A stretch of 64,000 nucleotides of DNA, from assembly GCA_050013075.1 (NCBI GenBank), contig JBEKFZ010000005.1, forward strand, positions 16,065 to 80,064, given 5' to 3'. The first letter of the stretch is position 1. Every line of letters begins with the position of its first letter. The position numbers and the translations under genes were made by a program. Below, piece by piece: positions 16,628-23,943 of the stretch. The stretch comes from Thermoguttaceae bacterium (GTDB lineage: Bacteria > Planctomycetota > Planctomycetia > Pirellulales > Thermoguttaceae). The notes under the pieces are model-generated. The model made no database searches and had not been told where the DNA came from. It worked only from the letters and a program-made list of their open reading frames with translations.

Positions 16628-16910
16628 CTACCCGACACGTAATCGTCCGAAGGAACGCGAGCCGAATCCGTAGGGCACACCGTTGCCCATGTTGGTAATT
16701 TTATACCATGCACTACCTGATCGACAGTAGCCAACCCCATCCCCAGGGGGCAGTGACTGACGACGAAATAGCGTGTGCCGCGCCATTAACGGCCACCCCC
16801 GCCCATAGAATAGCGCACGTCGGTGCGACACACCGATGCGTGTTAGGAAACGCGATGCCGTTGAGCAATGATCGCCCGACCGTCCCAACTACCCGATGCG
16901 CGTGAGACAA
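16628..16910 (-). pseudogene. Decayed fragment of a DUF1559-type gene (frameshifted)
   Basis: Two minus-strand frames joined near 16720 read ...SLLNGIAFPNTH...APWGWGWLLS / GSAWYKITNM... Compare the intact gene: [14 protein letters not shown] ... [15 protein letters not shown]. The patch is GC-rich inside an AT-rich cassette. Confidence 0.45.
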
Positions 16911-17329
16911 GCCATCAAACGACCCATTGCAGGAGTGGAGTGTCTATTTCGTTAGACTTTTAGATTTCAACTATGCAATTTAAAAAGTTGTGAGAAAGTC
17001 GGAAAACTCGATTATTCATTCCTATTCGCCCTCGCCTAGCAACCACTCCCGTGCTCGTTCGACCAGCAATAGTTCGGCGGCTGGCCGCCGCCCTGGTTAA
17101 CCTCAAGGGAACATTCCATGAGTATTTTGATTGAGAAGTGGGGGCAAAAACCGCCCGGAGCGGATTCGTGTTCCGCTGGTCTAGCGAACAGGTCTAGCGA
17201 GTTTTGAATAGATGGTACGCGGAAGGGTACTATTCCGCCCCAATTTTCGGAGATAAACATTGCGGGATTATATACTTGATGCAAGGTAGTGCATAAAGAC
17301 TGTTCTAATGTTTAGTAAATACAGGGTGA

Positions 17330-18352
17330 ATGGGAACCGCTAAAATAGCGGTTATGAAAAACTATAGACGTGCAATCTGGGAAAAAACGAAATGCAATGT
17401 CCGGGCCTGTATTGACCTCAGGAAGATATTATCCGTAATTATTTTATCATTAGTCATCGTTTATTGGTACGGAAATAATTCTACTAAAATGTCGGATATG
17501 TTAATAGATACCATTGCCGTTCCGAGCTTGGGTGTAATTCTATGGTTCATTATTTATGGATTATGGAGTTGGGCAACCGCCCCACGGCAAATCTATTATG
17601 AACAAAGTGAAAAGATTGATGAATATACAAAAGCCAATCAGCGGCAAGTGATTGAAATCAAAACAATTGATGATTTCAATTTTGCACAAGGTCTTTATTG
17701 TACGATGCCTCTAGGTGAGATGCATCATCCATCTCATATTAAACGCTGGTGGAAAGAAGAACAAGCAGCATCCGTAAATGATCGTGAATCACGCGAAATA
17801 TTTCTTATTGCAAAGCAAAAGCAAGAAGCTTGGTCAATACTTTATGCAACTTGTCCATTCGACAATTATATCCTTAATATCTACGGATTTGCTAAAAGGG
17901 ATCTTCAAAAGTCCGATATTGATGAATGGGACTCATCACAAGATATAGTCAAAGCATTATTAGAAATTGTAAAAAGGGATTTGCCGAAATGCCGTGGCGT
18001 ACTAATTGAAGTTGATTCAAAAAAAATTAAAGAGCTATCACCCAAAAAAATTCTATTTGATCGGCTTGCCGCAGTTTGTGACATTGAATTTCAGGAAATT
18101 TGCAAAATATCTTATAAGATTCCAGAAATATATTATTGTTCTCGCAATAAAAACGAAGAGAAATCAATGACATTATTATATGCGCGGGCACCTTGGGGGC
18201 AGGATAATCTGGACGTTAATAATAAGTCACATATTGGGTTCTTGGTTCATTCTATGTATTCCATTTATACTGATTGTCTTCCTGGTGATACTGAGTGGCG
18301 AATATACCTCGAAGATCTCGAAAAACGCATTATGGATACTTATTTACCATAG
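17330..18352 (+). CDS. Hypothetical membrane-anchored protein (2 predicted TM helices, ~240-aa soluble C-terminal domain), low GC
   Basis: 340-aa ORF with hydrophobic segments ILSVIILSLVIVYWY and LGVILWFIIYGLWSW. No motif recognised. Confidence 0.65.
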   Translation: MGTAKIAVMKNYRRAIWEKTKCNVRACIDLRKILSVIILSLVIVYWYGNNSTKMSDMLIDTIAVPSLGVILWFIIYGLWSWATAPRQIYYEQSEKIDEYTKANQRQVIEIKTIDDFNFAQGLYCTMPLGEMHHPSHIKRWWKEEQAASVNDRESREIFLIAKQKQEAWSILYATCPFDNYILNIYGFAKRDLQKSDIDEWDSSQDIVKALLEIVKRDLPKCRGVLIEVDSKKIKELSPKKILFDRLAAVCDIEFQEICKISYKIPEIYYCSRNKNEEKSMTLLYARAPWGQDNLDVNNKSHIGFLVHSMYSIYTDCLPGDTEWRIYLEDLEKRIMDTYLP

Positions 18353-18395
18353 GATAATTATTCGGAATTATCCGGTTGACAAAGCAAATTGCCTA

Positions 18396-18542
18396 TTATA
18401 CCTTATGGTTAATGCGTTTTAGTTTGCCCTCCATCTTTTTAGCGTCAACCTTAATGAAGGCTTCTAATGCCTCTTCGGGTTTCAGGGGGTAGAGGGAGAG
18501 ACGTTTAAGGCGGTTTTTGGGATGTTTAGGCTTTTTAGACAT
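18396..18542 (-). CDS. Possible small basic protein (48 aa)
   Basis: Manual translation gives MSKKPKHPKNRLKRLSLYPLKPEEALEAFIKVDAKKMEGKLKRINHKV. It is below the ORF-track length cut-off, has no clear Shine-Dalgarno sequence, and is co-directional with the upstream membrane protein gene. Confidence 0.25.
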   Translation of the reverse strand: MSKKPKHPKNRLKRLSLYPLKPEEALEAFIKVDAKKMEGKLKRINHKV

Positions 18543-18654
18543 ATATTGACTTTCGGAATTAGAAAATATCTAATGTAATCTCTGTGAGTTTATCCACCGC
18601 AAAGTAACATTTCCGTGGAGTCTCCAATGGCAACGAATAATGATTCCCAGACAC

Positions 18655-19392
18655 CTAGTGAACCGTCCCGTACTCCCGAACCACCCGCCCCCTCAACTCC
18701 ACCGACGCCTGCTGTAATTCCAGCGGTTGAACCATCGGTTCGACCCCAAACGGAGCGGTGGCAGGAGGGATATCAGCCACCCCAAAGAAAGTAAACTTCT
18801 CCGGAGACGGAGCAAAAAGAACAAGAGGGGCCAAAAAAAATGCGAATATCAGTGCGCGCGACGCATTAGCAATTTGATTAGCTTTCCAAGCGTTTACCTT
18901 AAGTATTTCTTTTGTGGCGCAATGTAAATTGGCACTGATAATTGCACTCGGGTCTTCTGATGATTCGGCACATTGAATTGCCCCGCGAATAGACATACTA
19001 GCCGGTCGTTCGCCGGGGCTTTTTGTGCGAATTATGCTAATAAATGCCAATCCAGAAAAAACTAGTGACGGAAGTCCCCACGAAATCAAAGTTGAAATCT
19101 TCTTTTCTGGGGACAATAAATAGACTGATGCAATGGCCGCTATTGTCAAACCATAAAGCCATTCTGCCTTTTTATCCAAGGATGCAAATGTGACCAAAGC
19201 TTCTCTATAGAGATTCTCTGCATATTTTAACACAATACCATAATCAACATCTGCTTTGGCCTTAAATTCCTTTGAATACCAATCGTGCTCTTGTTGAATA
19301 TCGGGTTCGTCTTGCATGCTGTTACGACGAGAAAATGGAATCGACAACAAATCCCAAAACAAATCCCAAATCATTAGTAAGTATTTCATCAA
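18655..19392 (-). CDS. Hypothetical multi-pass membrane protein (effector-like)
   Basis: N-terminal helical region, SLDKKAEWLYGLTIAAIASVYLL, then two more hydrophobic helices. The true start may be the internal MQDEPD. Any resemblance to 2TM/3TM abortive-infection effectors is impressionistic only. Confidence 0.6.
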   Translation of the reverse strand: MMKYLLMIWDLFWDLLSIPFSRRNSMQDEPDIQQEHDWYSKEFKAKADVDYGIVLKYAENLYREALVTFASLDKKAEWLYGLTIAAIASVYLLSPEKKISTLISWGLPSLVFSGLAFISIIRTKSPGERPASMSIRGAIQCAESSEDPSAIISANLHCATKEILKVNAWKANQIANASRALIFAFFLAPLVLFAPSPEKFTFFGVADIPPATAPFGVEPMVQPLELQQASVELRGRVVREYGTVH

Positions 19393-19574
19393 TTATTCTC
19401 CTTATTAAGCACTCTCTTTTGCAATTGCTAATTTATAAACTAATCTTTTAACTTACCCTGTAATATGATTTCCACTTCTGTCAGCATAGGCGGGAGCGCA
19501 GCGGTGCACAAGCGGGGGTTGAATGTCCTGCTCTACATTGCAGAATGTCGGCGCTGATCCAACGGCACCTTGAA

Positions 19575-19739
19575 TAGTGTAAAACTTCTTAAAGCGGATG
19601 CTCAATCCGCTGGTTTTGCTAAATGTGTTGGGGATTTTTTACAAGCGGTACCATAAAGGGTACCTTTGGCGTTCAATATTCGGCGTGATTACGATTATGT
19701 TCTTTATCAATTTGGAGTACAAATCCACTCAGGGTGGCG
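19575..19739. repeat. Right copy of the ~165-bp inverted repeat
   Basis: Reverse complement of 13694-13857. The ORF track shows the shared peptide YHKGYLWRSIFGVITIMFFINLEYKSTQGG in ORFs 13530..13928(-) and 19598..19804(+). Confidence 0.9.
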
Positions 19740-19766
19740 GGCCGGACGGCTATGGAAATTCTCTTC

Positions 19767-19913
19767 TTACTTCCACCGTTGCCAAGCGTAGTCGAGTAGG
19801 CTGATGGCACCGACACCGAAGAGTGCGATGGCGGAGGGTTCGGGGATGGGTGTGAGAAGGAACGCTTCACTCTGCCTGCTAGGGTTCATACCAACACCAA
19901 CAATCCACCCCAT
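19767..19913 (-). pseudogene. PEP-CTERM tail relic (48 codons)
   Basis: Manual translation gives MGWIVGVGMNPSRQSEAFLLTPIPEPSAIALFGVGAISLLDYAWQRWK*. A TGA lies 8 codons upstream of the ATG. It is homologous to the C-terminus of the NHL protein. Confidence 0.6.
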
Positions 19914-20204
19914 TTTTGGCACACCTCCATGATCCCGTCAAACGATGTCCGTTAGGACAGAAGCGACATTTGCTGGCGGAGATGCACTGGCAAGTGGCCC
20001 ATCAATGCAACGTATTCTGATTCGCAGAGTTTAACCATCGAGTGGGCTGGCGATCAGTCGCAACACATTTGCCAGTATGAGGCATCGAGGTTGACAACGC
20101 CATGCTCGGCTGCGAAAATGCAGTAAAGTTTTATCACACTTCGGCGGTCGAATACCTGTTAACCCGCTCGTCGCAATCACAACTTTCCGAGAGTTCGGGT
20201 CAGT

Positions 20205-21019
20205 ATGCCATCTATCGGGGATATAGCGCTTACAGTCGCCCCATATGTTATTGGGTTTCTTATTGCTTTCGTCGGCTTCATCGCTTTCAGTCTCAGTAGA
20301 CAGCGGAAGTTTTTCAACTTTCTCGGAGCCGATAAAAAAACGAGACAAACAACCGTCTATCTTTCCAGCCTCCTTATCCCGCGAGGTTGCGCTGTCGGCT
20401 TTGACGGATTACCGCGTTCGTATCAAGGAATTACTATCCCAACCGAAGAACTCAGCATCATTGCGCGACTCGCAAAAGCCTTGACGGTTGACGCATTCGA
20501 GTATATTCCACCTATCATCAGAAAGTATCTACAGCAAAAATACGCTTTCTTTCGCCCCTTGACTGTAAGCGTCAATGCCAGCCCGATGCAAGAAAGCGAA
20601 ATAGATTTTTCGACTCGCTCAATAATCACCGTCGGCAGTCAGGGCTACAATGTGGTTACGAACTACTGTGTCAGCCGCAACCTTGCCCAATTGCAAATAG
20701 CACATAACGGAACAGTCATCCAAGTAATGAAGGGAAAAGACAAGGGCGAAGTTATACAGCCAGCCAGCAACATGATATAGCGATACTTGAACGTTTAGTT
20801 GACCATACACGCAACGACACTACGATCATTATCGGGGCTGGCGTTGGTGTAATTGGAACAACAGGATCAATCCAGTATTTGATTGACCATTGGCAAGAGT
20901 TAGACAAAACGTACCGTAATGGCGAGTTTGCTTTGGTGCTTCAATTTGGGCCTGTAGGCAAACGCTCGTTTGAAGACATTCTGAAAGGCACTGTTATTCG
21001 GCGTATTCCAGAAAAGTAG
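20205..21019 (+). pseudogene. Membrane-anchored hypothetical protein gene interrupted by a -1 frameshift
   Basis: Frame 0 ends at TAG 20778-20780. Frame 2 is open from 20708 to TAG 21017-21019 and reads ...HDIAILERLVDHTRNDTTIIIGAGVGVIGTTGSIQYLIDHWQELDK... The N-terminal TM helix is IALTVAPYVIGFLIAFVGFIAFSL. Confidence 0.55.
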
Positions 21020-21089
21020 GGCGCGGGCTAACCCGTGCATGCAGGCGACGGCGCTTCGCTTCGCTACGCGCCGCGCCTGATGCACACCG

Positions 21090-21665
21090 TTACCGTCGCG
21101 GATGTCTCGTAATCTCAGCCGTTTGCTCGGATGGTCGCTCGTAAACCTCAGAATGCTTGAAATGGGTCTGCCAGTTTTCGGTATATTTCCCCGCAAGGTC
21201 CGCCGAATGAATTATCAAGAGGTTTTCCGCATTGCTGTTTTCGGCTTGCTTTGTGAAATTGAATGATCCCGTGATAACAACCGCGCCGTCAATCACCATG
21301 ATCTTGTTATGGGCAATGGCGTGTTTATCGTCGATGTAGGTCGGGATGCCGGAGTTTTTGAGAAACGTTGCCGACGAATACTTCTCGGTCCGCTGGCTCT
21401 TGTCGAGGATCACCTGAATTTTCACGTTTCGTTTGTGGGCCTCCACCAGGGCCTTGGCAATCGGTGCCGATGTGAAGGAATACGCCTGGACAAGGATGCT
21501 GCTCTTCGCTGCGTCGATCTCCCTGACGGCGGCTTCGGTGCAGCCACCCTTCGGAGAGAAGTAGACTTCGATGGGAGGAAGTGTTTGCGGGGCCTTCGGC
21601 GGCTCCTGGGCTTGGCAGGAGGGGAGGAAGAGGACGAGGAGCAGGATGAGGGGGAGGGTTTTCAT
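21090..21665 (-). CDS. Phospholipase D-family (single HKD) Nuc-like endonuclease, exported lipoprotein
   Basis: HNKIMVIDGAVVITGSFNFT is the HxK..D......GS.N motif. From the M at 21665 the signal peptide MKTLPLILLLVLFLPSC carries a lipobox. Size matches Nuc-type nucleases. Confidence 0.85.
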   Translation of the reverse strand: MKTLPLILLLVLFLPSCQAQEPPKAPQTLPPIEVYFSPKGGCTEAAVREIDAAKSSILVQAYSFTSAPIAKALVEAHKRNVKIQVILDKSQRTEKYSSATFLKNSGIPTYIDDKHAIAHNKIMVIDGAVVITGSFNFTKQAENSNAENLLIIHSADLAGKYTENWQTHFKHSEVYERPSEQTAEITRHPRR

Positions 21666-21669
21666 CACA

Positions 21670-22539
21670 TCATCCCTTATTGCGTGCCGTTGGTGTCTTA
21701 TCTTCCAGGATTTCGACGCTGATAGCATACTTGTCATCGAGTGCCCTCATCGCCTTCTCGATCTCATCTCGGACTTTTACCATCGCCGCCAACGTCCGAT
21801 CCGCTATCATCACACGTTCCTGCCAGAGTTCATCGCTAATCGAGATAGGCAAGACATGGTAATCACACAGCTTGTTCAACAACGTAACATTCAGCCATGC
21901 ATCGTTCAGTACATCAAGTCTTATCAAGTCGTTTGGCGGCGGTGAGACAAGGATTTGGTCTAGGGCAGAATGACGGCAATTCAGGAAACTGCCTTGGTGT
22001 GACGAAAATGCCGCCCTCGCTCGTTCTATCGGCAGTAAGTTGGAATGTACTTCATTTAGCAGCCCGCTGAGTAGACTCCGAAGCTGTTGATCGGAGTGAT
22101 GGTCAACAAAGCGGTTCAAGTGGTCCAGCCTGTCACCATCGAGAAAGTAAACGTTTTCGCCGTATGGCTGAGCCTTGCAGAAATCGGAAATATACTCCCG
22201 TGCCTGCATAGAGATCGAACCTGAAGCCATGACATACACTGCTGATATCCGCTTTTCATCGGCCTCTCTGTAGTTCCGTATTCTCACGGTGAAACATCTG
22301 CTGATTTGGTTGAGAAGCCCATCAAGTTCGGTCTGTCCCGCTCCTATGTCTCCCAACTTGACTTGCACCGCATAGAATCGCCTGTGTTCGAAACGGTCGT
22401 AGTCCGCAAAGAAGAAGTCCTTTCCTTGCTCACCGCTGCCGTGCGAATGCGTAACCAAGACGTAGCCCAGCTTAGTCAAGAAAGGTGCTATCCATTTCTT
22501 GCGGAAGTCTGCCTCACTCGCAAAGTGTGGAATTGCCAT
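21670..22539 (-). CDS. PD-(D/E)XK (Mrr-cat-like) restriction-endonuclease-fold protein with unassigned C-terminal domain
   Basis: KWIAPFLTKLGY...GSGEQGKDFFFADYDRFEHRRFYAVQVK gives an E...D-x(n)-QxK core. Its stop lies 4 nt from the PLD gene start. Confidence 0.65.
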   Translation of the reverse strand: MAIPHFASEADFRKKWIAPFLTKLGYVLVTHSHGSGEQGKDFFFADYDRFEHRRFYAVQVKLGDIGAGQTELDGLLNQISRCFTVRIRNYREADEKRISAVYVMASGSISMQAREYISDFCKAQPYGENVYFLDGDRLDHLNRFVDHHSDQQLRSLLSGLLNEVHSNLLPIERARAAFSSHQGSFLNCRHSALDQILVSPPPNDLIRLDVLNDAWLNVTLLNKLCDYHVLPISISDELWQERVMIADRTLAAMVKVRDEIEKAMRALDDKYAISVEILEDKTPTARNKG

Positions 22540-22623
22540 TGGGTTTCCTCGAACGAATGGGATGACCTATCTACTCTTACTCAACAACGCCCGTCTCGGA
22601 GAATTTCCACCAGCCCACACCAT

Positions 22624-23073
22624 CTATTGAGGCTCCGTGGATTTCTCGAATTGAATTGTGGGAATCGGTTCTGACGTGGAAATGCGAAACTCTTTCTGAA
22701 TACACAAGCAGATTACTACTGTTCCACAGATGACAAGGACTGCTCCAGGGCCGGCTGTTCCCAATTTTGCTGCTATCCCTGTTGATCTTACTTCCATTTG
22801 GGTGCTCTCTTTTACACCAAACCAGGAAAGAAGCGTGCCAAGCAAAATCATTGCCAAGCCGATGACAATTCCGAGGGTGAGTTGCATCAAGCGAATGCCA
22901 AACATCTGCTCTTGGAGTGTCTGCATCCCCATCTTAATCACGATGGTGAGTAAGATGGCAGCACCAGCAACAAGAATGAAGCCGAAAAGGTAAATCGTTA
23001 TTCGGATGAATGGCTCTTGCCAAAGTTTTACCGTCTCTGGTGGTTGGGTCTGTTGTTGTAATGTCTTTCCCAT
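22624..23073 (-). CDS. Small integral membrane protein (3-4 TM)
   Basis: Hydrophobic helices IYLFGFILVAGAAILLTIVI, LTLGIVIGLAMILLGTLLSWF and GPGAVLVICGTVVICLCI. The start is 2 nt after the upstream gene's stop. Confidence 0.65.
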   Translation of the reverse strand: MGKTLQQQTQPPETVKLWQEPFIRITIYLFGFILVAGAAILLTIVIKMGMQTLQEQMFGIRLMQLTLGIVIGLAMILLGTLLSWFGVKESTQMEVRSTGIAAKLGTAGPGAVLVICGTVVICLCIQKEFRISTSEPIPTIQFEKSTEPQ

Positions 23074-23075
23074 AA

Positions 23076-23777
23076 CTAGTTGCTCCTGGCGGATTCTGGA
23101 ACGGACTCTGGTAAGGGTATCAGTGGTTGCGAATCAGTAGTTCCCTGCAATTGAAAAGGAGTTAGACATGGACCGCTGGTTGCACAACAATAGGAAATAC
23201 CTCCACGAATAAGCCCACTTGGGCCGATTACACCAACCTGAATGCAGTCACCCCAGAAGTTATCAACCAGGGTTCCATTTGCACGGACTTGTATCAAATA
23301 TGCGAATTGATACCTTGCATGAGAGAGGGCTGTTGCAGCATAAGGCAAAAATAGCGGCAGATCGAAATCTGATTCTTGCTGATTTGGGTTCACGAAGCGA
23401 ACTACGGCACAAACACACCCCATAGTTTGAGATCGGTACTGCCAGTCGATGCCACGCTGTGAGGCAGGTACACCTGCCCAATTGCTGAGTGGTTGGTCAT
23501 TCTCGTCAACTCTTCGTTGATAGAAATAGACTCCTACTTCAAGTCGCTCTCCTGGGCTTGCGGTTGTGCGAAGGATGAATAAGTCCCCTGGCTCGCCAGC
23601 AAGAGCAGTCTCGCCTTGTGCCCATCGAGGAATCCCAGTTATTCCATGGGAGACCAATCCATTGAGAGCGATCCTTTGCCTGGGACGTTTCTGTTGTCCA
23701 TGAACAGTGTCACCTTTTAGGAAGGTAATCATTATAAGAAAAGAGCATGCTGTCAGAACGACTGGCCAGTGTTTCAT
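23076..23777 (-). CDS. Secreted hypothetical protein (233 aa, Cys-rich C-terminus)
   Basis: Signal peptide MKHWPVVLTACSFLIMITFLKG. No recognisable domain. Confidence 0.6.
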   Translation of the reverse strand: MKHWPVVLTACSFLIMITFLKGDTVHGQQKRPRQRIALNGLVSHGITGIPRWAQGETALAGEPGDLFILRTTASPGERLEVGVYFYQRRVDENDQPLSNWAGVPASQRGIDWQYRSQTMGCVCAVVRFVNPNQQESDFDLPLFLPYAATALSHARYQFAYLIQVRANGTLVDNFWGDCIQVGVIGPSGLIRGGISYCCATSGPCLTPFQLQGTTDSQPLIPLPESVPESARSN

Positions 23778-23943
23778 GTGATCTCGCCTTTCATGTCTTT
23801 TGACGTGTCTTACACCTTTCGAGCATTGGGAATCCCTCCATAATCAACAGATCTATTCCAACTCAACACAGTATCTCCTCCCTCACTTCCTCACCAATCC
23901 CTTACCAACCAAATAATTGAACAACGACTGCAAATCCTTTCCG

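Noticed and set aside
18655-19392. Calling the multi-TM protein a Pycsar/CBASS-type effector
   Set aside because: Only an impressionistic xLDxKA-plus-TM resemblance supports this. No cyclase or nucleotide-sensing gene is adjacent, and the neighbouring gene is convergent.
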